64,000 bases of DNA from positions 2,834 through 66,833 of IMG/VR virus record IMGVR_UViG_3300049210_000020; one strand, 5' to 3'. Shown here one piece after another: positions 1 to 9,114 of the stretch (position 1 is the stretch's first letter; every line of letters starts with the position of its first letter). The notes under the pieces are model-generated. The model searched no databases. It was not told where the DNA came from and saw only the letters and a list, made by a program, of their open reading frames with translations. A program made the position numbers and the translations under genes. The stretch is from a virus. Lineage: Duplodnaviria; Caudoviricetes.

Positions 1-1
1 A

Positions 2-1114
2 CTCGATCACGGGCAAGCCCCACAGCATTTTAGTGCCCATCTGCATAGGGCCGCCAAAGTAGAACTGGCCTTGAGCGCCACGGGCAAGATCGATAGTCTC
101 CCAATCGTATGAGTTGAGCAGGAAGCCGGTTGAGCGCGCCCGGCCTCGGATCATCGCCGCCGTGCGAGCCTTGCGAGTTGTGGTTAGCAATCCGCCCGTG
201 GTGTCTTCCGCGTCTGGCACGAAATCCTGGGTGGTTAAATTCGGAGTGTTCTCTAGACCTGTAAAATGTCCCGTTCCGCCTGGACCTGAAACAATCTCAT
301 CCTCTAATGCCAGATCGATGTCCGTGCGCATAAAAGCGGTTATCATTGATTGGAGTTGCGGGGCATCCGCGAGGATCGTGCGCGTTGCCTGCATAATGAC
401 AGCGATTGTCTTAACGTGTTCCTGCACAACCTCCAGCGCCATTGCCGCTTTAGGCTTGCGTGCGGCCTCATCTGTATCCGATGTTGCCTCAGGAACAATC
501 TTCGCCGCTCGCGTCAACGAATTAACCCTGACATACTCGATAGCGTTCGATCCGGTTTGCAAGATCGTGATCACGTCGCGAATAGAAGGCTGGCGTAAGG
601 GAAGATCAACGGGCCACGGACCGTAATCTCGACGAACAAGCGCACCGCCAGCAGAGGTTGGCACGCTCATTACCAAGTCTTTGAATGATAAATCGCCTAA
701 CCCCACTTCCGCCGGTTTAATGTTGGGCGATCTGCCAAACTGATACGAAGCACTTAGTTCCTTACCTTCAGGGGCAATCTGAGCACGCCACGCTTTGAAG
801 TCCGGCGTATTGATCAGCAACTCGCCCATTGTTTTCAGTTCCGGCTCACGGTTGGCATCAGGATTCCCAAAATCGGGACGACCTACGGGCTGTTTAAGGA
901 AATCATCGATTGCTTTCAGACGCTTCTTGCGATCCGCGTACTTGTTCTCTTCGTCAACCTCGGCAACCAACTCCTCGATTCGTTTCCAGCGAGTGTCAAG
1001 CTCGGCTTTTTGCTCAGTAGTAGGATCTTCGTCTCCTTGCTTTGTCCAAAAAGCCTGCTCTGCATCTTTCAGTTCTTTGAGTTCCTGTGTGGCTGTCTTT
1101 TTCTCTCCTGCCAT
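2..1114 (-). CDS. Major capsid protein, HK97 fold (partial; 3' end runs off left edge)
   Basis: Not in ORF track (no stop in window). Hand translation from ATG at 1114 (AAGGAG RBS): MAGEKKTATQELKELKDAEQ (coiled-coil delta domain)...SAGGALVRRDYGP...IEYVRVN...KIVPEAT...VKTIAVIMQATRTILADAPQLQSMI...FLLNSYDWETIDLARGAQGQFYFGGP...MLWGLPVIE; directly follows prohead protease. Confidence 0.9.
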   Translation of the reverse strand, partial: MAGEKKTATQELKELKDAEQAFWTKQGDEDPTTEQKAELDTRWKRIEELVAEVDEENKYADRKKRLKAIDDFLKQPVGRPDFGNPDANREPELKTMGELLINTPDFKAWRAQIAPEGKELSASYQFGRSPNIKPAEVGLGDLSFKDLVMSVPTSAGGALVRRDYGPWPVDLPLRQPSIRDVITILQTGSNAIEYVRVNSLTRAAKIVPEATSDTDEAARKPKAAMALEVVQEHVKTIAVIMQATRTILADAPQLQSMITAFMRTDIDLALEDEIVSGPGGTGHFTGLENTPNLTTQDFVPDAEDTTGGLLTTTRKARTAAMIRGRARSTGFLLNSYDWETIDLARGAQGQFYFGGPMQMGTKMLWGLPVIE

Positions 1115-1138
1115 GTGTGCTCCTTGAATCCTTTAGGG

Positions 1139-2257
1139 CTACGCCAGCGCCCGCATAGCGAGGCTCTGCATGCGTAGCGATTGAGTCCTTAGCGTGTCCA
1201 CGGTGATCTCTTTTTCCTTAGGCTTCGGCTCGCTCATAGCCAGTAGCGCGTCGAGATCTCCCATGAGTGCCGTGAGAGAGTCTTTGCACTTCTGTACCGT
1301 GGCGCGATTTGAAGTGGAGAGAACACGGCCCTCTTTGACGCGGGCCTCGTGGTTACGCTGCATATTTTCGATAAACTTCTTCAATGCAGCGGGTGCCGCT
1401 TTATCGAAGGACTCAAAGGATTCGGATGCCGTAATCTCCTTGAGGTAAAACTCATCATCAGAACTGTTTAGAAACTCTTCAATCTGCGCGGTAACTAGCG
1501 GGATCATTGTGGGCGGATATTCGTTGAACGCTTCCGCGACTTTCGCCTTCCAGTCCATTACCACACCAGTTACGTTTGCGTCTTTAGCTGTCTTAGCAAT
1601 CTTGCGAACTACGCGGCGCAGGGCAGATTCAATCTCCCATGTCGAAGGAGTCGTTTGGGCCATCTCTTCAGCGAGCATGCCTTTGGATTCACCGTTGCTC
1701 GACTTCACCGCCGTCGCCATTGCTAACTTATTCATCGGCGCAGTGACGATTGAGTCTTCAATCACTTCGCCCTTTTTCAGGATGCGGATGCGGTCGAACT
1801 TCTGCGCCTTGAGAAGATTTGCCTGTAGCCGCTCGGGCTTGATGTAGAGAGGCAACTGCTCCTTGTAGTCCTTGGCCTCGACGTAAGACTTGTCTGAGAC
1901 TGAATAGCCAAACGAGAAGCCAACACGCTTCCCAGCTTTCTTGCGCTCAACCGCCTTAGTACGAACTGCCTGCGCATCAGAGGTAGAGTGGAACTCAGAG
2001 TCAACGAAAAAGCCGTGATCATCTTCCTTCGCTTCCATCGGATAACCAACCGCTTTATCGAAGTTCCAATCATGTGAGTGAGCCGTGAAGCCTGCCTCCA
2101 GGTATTCGGTTATGCAGTCTTTGAAAAAACCGGGAACGATGAGATCCCCGCCCTCGTCAATTTCATTAAAGACAGCTCGATAGCCGGAGATATGACCCGG
2201 ACCTTCATCTGTGACTGTCAGGTCTTTAAGGTCGATGAACTTGCGCTCAATTTGCAT
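1139..2257 (-). CDS. HK97-family prohead protease with long C-terminal extension
   Basis: IERKFIDLKDL...GHISGYRAVFNEIDEGGDLIVPGFF...HSHDW...GFSFGY...EDSIVTAPMN; likely start is ATG 2257 (track extends to 2326). Confidence 0.85.
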   Translation of the reverse strand: MQIERKFIDLKDLTVTDEGPGHISGYRAVFNEIDEGGDLIVPGFFKDCITEYLEAGFTAHSHDWNFDKAVGYPMEAKEDDHGFFVDSEFHSTSDAQAVRTKAVERKKAGKRVGFSFGYSVSDKSYVEAKDYKEQLPLYIKPERLQANLLKAQKFDRIRILKKGEVIEDSIVTAPMNKLAMATAVKSSNGESKGMLAEEMAQTTPSTWEIESALRRVVRKIAKTAKDANVTGVVMDWKAKVAEAFNEYPPTMIPLVTAQIEEFLNSSDDEFYLKEITASESFESFDKAAPAALKKFIENMQRNHEARVKEGRVLSTSNRATVQKCKDSLTALMGDLDALLAMSEPKPKEKEITVDTLRTQSLRMQSLAMRALA

Positions 2258-2271
2258 GGTTGAACCCAAAT

Positions 2272-2317
2272 AGAAAGCCCGCCAATGATCCTCTTTCGAA
2301 AACCACGGCGGGCAGGT
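2272..2317 (-). terminator. Terminator-like hairpin just upstream of protease/capsid genes
   Basis: Minus strand GCCCGCC-22 nt-TGGCGGGC followed by TTTCTATTT. Confidence 0.6.
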
Positions 2318-2552
2318 CGTCATCACAGGCTGACGCTTAACTCGCTAATTCATTTTCAAACTAAATTTCCCTTTAGGCCAGCTTTCGGCCTAGCTCTTTT
2401 ACGCGATCAAACAGATGGTACAACTGTCGCTCAATCTTCTGTAATTCCTGCTTGGTGCTTTGCGAAGACGTATCCGGTTTGACTAAGGGAATGCTCTGCG
2501 TGTTCAGCAAGGCTGATTCGGGTTTAGGGGACTCTCGGCTCATTCCGTGCGG

Positions 2553-2583
2553 AGTTTAGCACAGTTTGGTTGAACATTTGCAA
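2553..2583 (-). promoter_or_regulatory. Possible extended -10 promoter for protease/capsid leader
   Basis: Minus strand TTGCAA-19 nt-TAAACT with TGc immediately before the -10. Confidence 0.35.
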
Positions 2584-2591
2584 GGAGAATT

Positions 2592-2807
2592 CTATTGGAG
2601 GGGCTCAACTTCAATGGTTTCATACAGGATTGAGGTACGGCAGTATATCATCCGGAACTCGGCGGTGGCGGAATCTACGGCTCGGCAACAGTGAAGGCGG
2701 CTGACTGCTTCGGTGATCGGTTCAGCGGTAATAATCTCCCAGCCGCGTAGGTCGTCCAACGATTCCGCTGTCCAATATTCGTGACCATCAATGCGATCAA
2801 CTCTCAT
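2592..2807 (-). CDS. Hypothetical protein
   Basis: Coupled start/stop overlap with neighbours. Confidence 0.55.
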   Translation of the reverse strand: MRVDRIDGHEYWTAESLDDLRGWEIITAEPITEAVSRLHCCRAVDSATAEFRMIYCRTSILYETIEVEPLQ

Positions 2808-3082
2808 TCATGTAACCACTTCCGTGCCAGTTCCCGCATCTTTGCCGGACAATGCGCTCGCGGCATCAGGTTCCCGCAGTACTCGCAGAGCATGAGGTTG
2901 TAGCTGATATTGAATGCTCGTCCACTAAGAAAGCCTTTCCCGTCGTCAGGATGTTGTCCGCGCCCACTATCGGTCTGCCGCGTCATGTGACAAGCCAGTT
3001 GCGACTCAGGCAGGTTATTGGCCCGGACGAGTTCAAGGATCGCGGCGTGTTCGTGCTTTGGTAATGGCTCAAGGGCGTTCAC
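2804..3082 (-). CDS. Hypothetical protein (CxxC motif)
   Basis: ATGA-type coupling; LCEYCG. Confidence 0.55.
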   Translation of the reverse strand: MNALEPLPKHEHAAILELVRANNLPESQLACHMTRQTDSGRGQHPDDGKGFLSGRAFNISYNLMLCEYCGNLMPRAHCPAKMRELARKWLHE

Positions 3083-3513
3083 TGCTCACCTTCTAAAATT
3101 ACCGCAGCGGACAACACTTCATCCTCACCAAAGCCTGGGGTTCCCGGAGACTGATATGTATAACGAATAATCTCCGGCAGCCTATTCACAGATCCAAAGC
3201 AGATCTTTAGTGGGCCAACATGCAGCGTCCAGCCGAATACTTTCTGCTCCAGTCCCTCATAACCAACTGACCATCCGTGCCATGTGATGAACTTATGAGA
3301 AGTGTTGCGTTGCCACCGTAAAAAGACAGGCCAGTAGAGGTAACGTTTATATGCCCGCCACTTATGATCACAGAGGGAACAGTTGTAATTCCCCGAACCA
3401 TCAGAGCCGATGTACTTCGACATATCCATCAATCGACGGTTGTAATCCTCAAAGGTTAGTACGACTTCTTTAACTATAACATTCATTAAGACCTCCAATC
3501 GATCACCTTCCAA
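3079..3513 (-). CDS. Hypothetical protein
   Basis: In operon order; CSLCDH motif. Confidence 0.55.
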   Translation of the reverse strand: MEGDRLEVLMNVIVKEVVLTFEDYNRRLMDMSKYIGSDGSGNYNCSLCDHKWRAYKRYLYWPVFLRWQRNTSHKFITWHGWSVGYEGLEQKVFGWTLHVGPLKICFGSVNRLPEIIRYTYQSPGTPGFGEDEVLSAAVILEGEQ

Positions 3514-4250
3514 TCCGATCCATAAATATCATCCGCCGTAATCCGCGTGTGCGCTTTCCCAAACCACGGTCTCGGCGCCACCACTCGCTTGTCTGGTGCA
3601 TCACTCAGCACTGCGGCCATCGCGGAGTAGCTGGAGTTGGCGATGATGAAGTGGCGGCAGCGCTTCATCAACTTGAAATCTTCCAGATAATCCCGCCCTT
3701 CGGAGTACTCCACACTTGGCCCAAACATCTGCTTCGCCCCGACAATGTCATCACTGAAAACAAGAAACTTAGCGCCGGGAAACTCGGCCATTGCGGGACG
3801 ATAGTAGTCCATCGTCAGTCGCGGGTGGTATCCATCTCCGTCAGTGTAATCCCCCGCCCGCCAGTGGATGGCTACGTAATCGTTCTGTGGTGGTTCGTCT
3901 TTCATGCGCAAGTACCATCGGATTTCGTCCAGTGCATGCGAGAAATACTTTTCGGATTGAAAATGTCCCTTGAGACTTACACTCTCAGTTAGATCAACGT
4001 CGTGAAATCCCCAATCGACCCAGCGCTCGGGTAATGGTGGACCGGAATAAAGCGGCAACGGATTGGCAAAATGCTCGTAAACGTTGACGCCTTCGCTTGA
4101 GCCAAACCGATCCCGATGGTCGTGATTGATCCACGGCGGGAAGGCGAAGTCCGCATTGTTGCGACGGGCTACGCCAATCGTCCCGGCCACCTGGTAAGCG
4201 CCGTTGCAAAATCGGCCCATTAGCCCGAGGCTGGCAAATGTCACTATCAT
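3486..4250 (-). CDS. Alpha-1,2-fucosyltransferase, GT11 family
   Basis: GLMGRFCNGAYQ (cf. GRLGNQMFQ), AIHWRAGDY (cf. HxRRGDY), LVFSDD, DFKLMKRCRHFIIANSSYS, VVAPRPWF. Confidence 0.88.
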   Translation of the reverse strand: MIVTFASLGLMGRFCNGAYQVAGTIGVARRNNADFAFPPWINHDHRDRFGSSEGVNVYEHFANPLPLYSGPPLPERWVDWGFHDVDLTESVSLKGHFQSEKYFSHALDEIRWYLRMKDEPPQNDYVAIHWRAGDYTDGDGYHPRLTMDYYRPAMAEFPGAKFLVFSDDIVGAKQMFGPSVEYSEGRDYLEDFKLMKRCRHFIIANSSYSAMAAVLSDAPDKRVVAPRPWFGKAHTRITADDIYGSDWKVIDWRS

Positions 4251-5203
4251 AATTCGTGCTGCTTATCCCGCATCGCAGGCAACTCGCTTGACCTTGATCC
4301 AGACTCTCCCACTCGTGCGCGGTACCAGTCGAAGGTTGAACGAAGCCCGTCATGGAGAGAGATTTTAGCATGCCAGCCGAGGGAGTTGATGCGAGAACTA
4401 TCTACCAGCTTGCGAGGTGGACCGTCAGGCTTTGAGGTATCGAGCCTGATATCGCCTCGGTAGCCGACTACTTCAGCAACCATGTGGGCTAGGTCAAGGA
4501 TCGTTATCTCTTGCCCCGAGCCTACGTTAATCGGTTCCGCTTCATTGTACTCAGCCATCAGCATTATCAACGCATCAGCCAGATCGTCAACGTGCAAGAA
4601 TTCGCGCTTCGCCCTCCCCGATCCCCACACCGTAACCGACCTGTCGTCACTCAACGCGGCGCGGTAGAGCCTCGACATCAGCGACGGAATTACATGCGCG
4701 TCAACTGAATCGAAGTGATCGTTTGGGCCATAGAGGTTGGTAGGCATCGCGGCAATGGCGTTGAAGCCGTATTGCTTGCGATAGGCTTGACAGAGCTTTA
4801 GTCCGGCAATCTTCGCTATGGCGTAGTATTCGTTCGTCGGCTCCAGTGGGCCGGTGAGTAGCGCGTCTGCTCGCATGGGTTGTTGCGCGTCACGCGGGTA
4901 GATGCAGGAGGACCCCAGGAAGAGAAGCTTACGTGCACCACAGGTCCACGCGGCGTCGATTACATTCGCCTGGATTAGTAAGTTATCGCGGATGAAGTCG
5001 GCTGGATAGGTTGAGTTAGCATCGATGCCGCCAACCTTTGCTGCCGCAAGATAAACATATTCAGGCTCAAGCGAGGCAAAGACATGATCGACCATTACTT
5101 GATCTGTCAGATTACCGCGCATCGTCAGCGCATCAGGAATCCGCCGCAGTAACGCGCTGCCTACGAGTCCGGTGTGGCCGGCGATGTAAGTGGTGCTCAT
5201 CAA
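4247..5203 (-). CDS. fcl: GDP-L-fucose synthase (epimerase/reductase, extended SDR)
   Basis: IAGHTGLVGSAL (GxxGxxG), LAAAKVGGI, FLGSSCIYP, YAIAKIAG (YxxxK), MPTNLYGPNDHF, WGSGRAKREFLHVDDLA, KPDGPPRK. Confidence 0.95.
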   Translation of the reverse strand: MMSTTYIAGHTGLVGSALLRRIPDALTMRGNLTDQVMVDHVFASLEPEYVYLAAAKVGGIDANSTYPADFIRDNLLIQANVIDAAWTCGARKLLFLGSSCIYPRDAQQPMRADALLTGPLEPTNEYYAIAKIAGLKLCQAYRKQYGFNAIAAMPTNLYGPNDHFDSVDAHVIPSLMSRLYRAALSDDRSVTVWGSGRAKREFLHVDDLADALIMLMAEYNEAEPINVGSGQEITILDLAHMVAEVVGYRGDIRLDTSKPDGPPRKLVDSSRINSLGWHAKISLHDGLRSTFDWYRARVGESGSRSSELPAMRDKQHEL

Positions 5204-5664
5204 CTTTCCCTTGCCTCAACCTCACTATAATCATGCAAATGGATGACGGGTGGTCGATGCGGATGAGGACGCAAACCCGCTTGACACGCCTGCCACTCAA
5301 ACTCACTGTCGAGCCGAGACCAATGATGGCCGATACGAGACCATACGTCAGGTAAGCGCCGGATTAGCTCAGCAGAGAACTTAGTACAGCCAAATGAGTG
5401 ATAGATACCAATACCACGCTGATCGTAAGAATTTGCGCACCATAAGCCGGGACATTGCCATAACTCCTCCAGTGCCCCCGGCCACGGGAGAATGTCATGC
5501 TCAACCAGAATGAACGTCTCACCCTTTTGCCATAGATCGTTAAGCAGGTTCCAATAGGCATCAGACGAGGCACTAACATCGATATAGGTTGGGGCGTGAC
5601 CGTAACGTGAGAGTAGTTGCGGGAGCAGCGGATGCAGTTGAACGTAGGGGATAATGATGTTCAC
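5200..5664 (-). CDS. Small glycosyltransferase-like protein (GT-A-like)
   Basis: MNIIIPY start, FILVEHDILPWPG (DxD-like), FGCTKFS; sits within glycan cluster. Confidence 0.5.
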   Translation of the reverse strand: MNIIIPYVQLHPLLPQLLSRYGHAPTYIDVSASSDAYWNLLNDLWQKGETFILVEHDILPWPGALEELWQCPGLWCANSYDQRGIGIYHSFGCTKFSAELIRRLPDVWSRIGHHWSRLDSEFEWQACQAGLRPHPHRPPVIHLHDYSEVEARES

Positions 5665-5670
5665 TGGGGC

Positions 5671-5931
5671 CTAGCGATAACGCTCGCACTCCTTGCATTC
5701 AAAGCTCAGCCGGTAAAAGGCTAGGGCTAGATGGTAGATACAGATCTTGGTCCAGAATTCCGCTTCTGGCATGAGATAGAAGAACGCATGACGTTCCGCT
5801 ACTTTCGCAAACACGGCGGCGTAATACATGTGGTATTTGGAATCCGTCATGCGACTTTTGAACTCGCCCTCAAGAAGATTACCGCCGTGCTCTTTCATTA
5901 ACTCTTCACAAAGTAGAGCACGCGACACCAC
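5671..5931 (-). CDS. Hypothetical protein
   Basis: ORF in cluster; start uncertain. Confidence 0.45.
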   Translation of the reverse strand: MVSRALLCEELMKEHGGNLLEGEFKSRMTDSKYHMYYAAVFAKVAERHAFFYLMPEAEFWTKICIYHLALAFYRLSFECKECERYR

Positions 5932-5980
5932 GCATTGTGAAATATGATAATTAGTCGATTACCCTGACCTGAAATGTGTC

Positions 5981-6595
5981 TCACTGCAACCAACTCCGAT
6001 TGAAATACAACTCCCACTCCAGTAAGGGATGTGGCTCGCATTCAGGGAAGAGATGACCGTAGTCCTGCCTTACGAGCACGAGGTTTCCAGTATGACATAG
6101 CACGAAATAGCCACGCTCCAGCGCTGCTACTGTCATGGCCCAATACCCTACGCCGCCATCCGAGTTAACGCGTTCACTTGGGGGCTCAATGCTGGAATCG
6201 ATTTCCACGATGACGATCTTGGGGCGAGCTTTGAGACCACGGAAGATCTCGAAGTCGTGCCCGTCCGTGTCGATTGAGAGCAGGTCGCAGCGGTCGTCAA
6301 CAAAGGCGTTCACGTTGCGCCCGTCAACGCGCGAGCACTGGGCGCGCACTAGCGGGTTGTGCTTCCAGTTCTCTTTGCATTTGAGATAGAGGCCGTAGTC
6401 GGCTTCAACGAATAAACCGCTCCAGCCTTGCTCGATTAAATTAGCAGTGTTGCTCATCCAGCGCCCGTCGTTTCCGCCGATTTCAACTGCGTGATCATGT
6501 GTGGGATTGATTCGCATGAAGGCTTCCCACAAAATTCCATCCTCGCCGTTCTGACTGTGGATGTTCTTTGCGTATTTGTGTAAGAAGCTAAGCAT
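5981..6595 (-). CDS. FkbM-like SAM-dependent methyltransferase
   Basis: KNIHSQNGEDGIL, AVEIGGNDGRWMSNT, GWSGLFVEAD, DLLSIDTDGHD, PKIVIVE; likely start ATG 6595. Confidence 0.75.
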   Translation of the reverse strand: MLSFLHKYAKNIHSQNGEDGILWEAFMRINPTHDHAVEIGGNDGRWMSNTANLIEQGWSGLFVEADYGLYLKCKENWKHNPLVRAQCSRVDGRNVNAFVDDRCDLLSIDTDGHDFEIFRGLKARPKIVIVEIDSSIEPPSERVNSDGGVGYWAMTVAALERGYFVLCHTGNLVLVRQDYGHLFPECEPHPLLEWELYFNRSWLQ

Positions 6596-6787
6596 TTTGG
6601 TTGCTACCAGTGCCAGCCGTAACGCGTGCCGCGATAGTGGCACACAGGCGTGAATACCCGAAAGAGGAAAAGGTAAGTTAGCCTCCGTATCTCCCGATTT
6701 TGCAGCCCGAGGGCCTTGAGCTTTAGCCCGTGGCCCAATTTATCAAGCGCTACAACTAATCGCTCAATCATACCGCGTTAACCCCAT

Positions 6788-7570
6788 TCATGTCGCCCTC
6801 CATTCATGGTTACGTCTGCGATGGTGCGAAAAGAGCACGGGATAATTGTCTCCCGCATACTCTGGTAACTTTTCGTAAACAAACTCAGGCGAACCACCAC
6901 GATTATATACACTAGGCCACCAATGAAGACGTAAACCTTCCCTGTATGCCAACGTAGTTAAGATTGCCTGATCGTGTCGGTTCTCTCTGAACTCAGGATG
7001 ATTAGGTGCTCGGCTGGGTGAATCATCTATCAATCTCCCACCTTCAAACAGACACCACTTCAACCATTCAGCAACAAACTGTCTCGAGTAATCAGAGACA
7101 CGAAAGAAGATTACCGAGGCTTGGCACTGCTTGCCGAAGCGTTCCCACGTAACGGCCATGTCTGAGTGGTATTCCAAATTGGGTTCCCAGAACTTCGACG
7201 GCCAAATCTCTTGAACCACATCCCGTTTACACCACGCGTAATGCGGCCAGTTATTACCGAATAGAAAGATGTCCTGATCCATGCGATCGATGACGTAGTT
7301 GACGTTGTTGATGAACTCGACTCCGGCGTCTGAGTAGATGAGAATATCACCATCAACCAGCGGCTTTAGAAAATTACCCTCCGGTAGGTTCATGCGATTA
7401 AGAATCGTAGCGGGCTTCCACTTCCAAAAGCCATAACCGCGCTCGGTACTTGGTCCAGCGGGCACCACGATCGATGTGCCACTTACGCCGTGCATCTTTG
7501 CGCTTTCCACGCAGAGATTAGCCGAGCGTAGGTATTCGGGACTCGCGAATGTAACAAGATGAACTGTCAT
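6788..7570 (-). CDS. Putative glycosyltransferase
   Basis: HLVTFAS, GYGFWKWKPATI, DILIYSDAG (DxD-like), FRENRHDQAILT; RBS GGGGAG before ATG 7570. Confidence 0.55.
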   Translation of the reverse strand: MTVHLVTFASPEYLRSANLCVESAKMHGVSGTSIVVPAGPSTERGYGFWKWKPATILNRMNLPEGNFLKPLVDGDILIYSDAGVEFINNVNYVIDRMDQDIFLFGNNWPHYAWCKRDVVQEIWPSKFWEPNLEYHSDMAVTWERFGKQCQASVIFFRVSDYSRQFVAEWLKWCLFEGGRLIDDSPSRAPNHPEFRENRHDQAILTTLAYREGLRLHWWPSVYNRGGSPEFVYEKLPEYAGDNYPVLFSHHRRRNHEWRAT

Positions 7571-7781
7571 CTCCCCGATTACGCAGGACTGCATCCGCCT
7601 GCTCGCCCGTGCAGTCCAGCCGCATGGCCTGCGTGAAGTGATTTCTGTCCACTGAAACGCTCACAACAATACGTTGCGGTTGTGGCCGGACGGGTTCCGT
7701 TGCTTTGATACCTACGGCAACGGCGGCTAAGCCCGTAACGCTGTGAGTCAATAACTTCATTAAGTCTCTTCTGCTTATCAT
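7518..7781 (-). CDS. Small protein with twin-arginine (Tat)-like signal
   Basis: MISRRDLMKLLTHSVTGLAAVAVG; ATGA overlap with upstream ORF. Confidence 0.5.
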   Translation of the reverse strand: MISRRDLMKLLTHSVTGLAAVAVGIKATEPVRPQPQRIVVSVSVDRNHFTQAMRLDCTGEQADAVLRNRGDDSSSCYIRESRIPTLG

Positions 7782-8005
7782 TCGTGACCGCTCCACGCTC
7801 GTTCAGCAAACGCCTCTGCCACGTCGCCTTCCTGTCTCTCAGTAAAATGCTCGTCCTTCTCGCGTAAGGTGATTACGATAGGCTTACCGCGCTCGTTTGT
7901 TACCTCAAGTTCAAACATTTCGACAAGGTAATCCGCTCGTATCAGCAGCGGTTCGCCTTCGGTCTCGAAGTCTTGCATAGTAAAGGTCTGATATTCTTCC
8001 CTCAT
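7778..8005 (-). CDS. Hypothetical protein
   Basis: Coupled to both neighbours. Confidence 0.55.
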   Translation of the reverse strand: MREEYQTFTMQDFETEGEPLLIRADYLVEMFELEVTNERGKPIVITLREKDEHFTERQEGDVAEAFAERAWSGHE

Positions 8006-8616
8006 ATTAGCCTCGCATCCGACATCTGAAAGATTTCCGTATAATCATCTTCCCTCTGCCAAATAGAACTCCAGCGCGGTCTCTGCCACGCCACCATCGG
8101 CGCGACACAATACGCGTTCAACTCCGGCAGTCTCGTTGACAGCCACGTATCAAACATGATCTCAGAGAACGCAGGCTGCTTGGCTAAAAGCTCGTAAACG
8201 CACTTACGATTATACCCGATTGCATGCGTGGTCCAGGCTGCTTTCACTCTCCACAGATGCTCGCTATGACGCTCGGGCTCAGGCTCGCCATTGCCCCAGC
8301 AAACTAAATTCGCGCCTAGATAAACAATATCCCAGTCGTCAGGTAGTTCACCTAACGCTTGCTCCAAATGGCCTAGATCGCGAAACACGCAATCGTCTTC
8401 AAGGTGCAGCAACGTCCGTGCATCTGACAGGTAGAATTGACACAGGATCTCTCGCTCAGACTTATTGAACGACTGGTGCGGGCCAATGTCGGGGAGAGAT
8501 TGGAACTTCTCGACTTCGAGGCCGACGCGCTGGAATTCAGTCCACGCCTGCGCCCACTCGCTGTCGAGAGTTGTCAGGCAGATGCGACGCTGGAAGAATT
8601 GCCAATCGGTATTCAT
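8002..8616 (-). CDS. Glycosyltransferase family 25-like
   Basis: LLHLEDDCVF, LPDDWDIVYLG, AWTTHAIGYN; likely start ATG 8616 (ATGA overlap). Confidence 0.75.
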   Translation of the reverse strand: MNTDWQFFQRRICLTTLDSEWAQAWTEFQRVGLEVEKFQSLPDIGPHQSFNKSEREILCQFYLSDARTLLHLEDDCVFRDLGHLEQALGELPDDWDIVYLGANLVCWGNGEPEPERHSEHLWRVKAAWTTHAIGYNRKCVYELLAKQPAFSEIMFDTWLSTRLPELNAYCVAPMVAWQRPRWSSIWQREDDYTEIFQMSDARLI

Positions 8617-8768
8617 TGCAGCCAATTCACCGTTACAGCCATGAGCGCAATCATTCCCGTTAATAAGATTACCGCAGCAACTCCCATCGCCAGGAACAAT
8701 AGCCACATAGACAGACACCATCTAACTACAAAAACTGGCCTGCCGCATTCGCATAAGTCATCGCCCAT
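8613..8768 (-). CDS. Small membrane protein
   Basis: MGDDLCECG followed by hydrophobic helix; RBS GGGAG. Confidence 0.5.
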   Translation of the reverse strand: MGDDLCECGRPVFVVRWCLSMWLLFLAMGVAAVILLTGMIALMAVTVNWLQ

Positions 8769-8874
8769 TTCAATCTCCCTAGACCACCACCCCACAGTCT
8801 ATTTGCCCCCAGAAGCACAGATCGCCTGACCCGTGCCGACCGTCGAGGGCGGTGGTCTAAGCTCGCTTAATCGC

Positions 8875-9093
8875 TTACCTGGTCGGGAGGTTACAACCAG
8901 AATAGTTGCATAGCATAATACAGGCATTGTAGTCAGTGATGTTCTCTGCGTGTTGATAACAGTCAGACTCACAAGCGATGCAGTATCCCGTTTGCGGTAT
9001 CGGATCTGCTCCAGAGGTTGATGCTGGCTGCCATAAAAAACTGCCACATACAAGAACTGCGACTACAGAGAGTTGGATCAGTCTACGTTTCAT
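8875..9093 (-). CDS. Secreted six-cysteine peptide
   Basis: Signal-peptide-like N-terminus; CIACESDC-x12-CIMLC-x4-C. Confidence 0.6.
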   Translation of the reverse strand: MKRRLIQLSVVAVLVCGSFLWQPASTSGADPIPQTGYCIACESDCYQHAENITDYNACIMLCNYSGCNLPTR

Positions 9094-9114
9094 TCGTCAG
9101 ATCTCCTTTTCTGG

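Noticed and set aside
114-1127. Plus-strand ORFs 114-626, 350-598, 795-1127
   Set aside because: Antisense shadows of the minus-strand capsid gene, which the track missed.
3486-8616. Glycan cluster as a DNA hypermodification system
   Set aside because: No hydroxymethylase, TET/JBP, thymidylate-synthase homolog or own DNA polymerase seen, and GT11/GT25 normally act on sugars. Not fully excluded.
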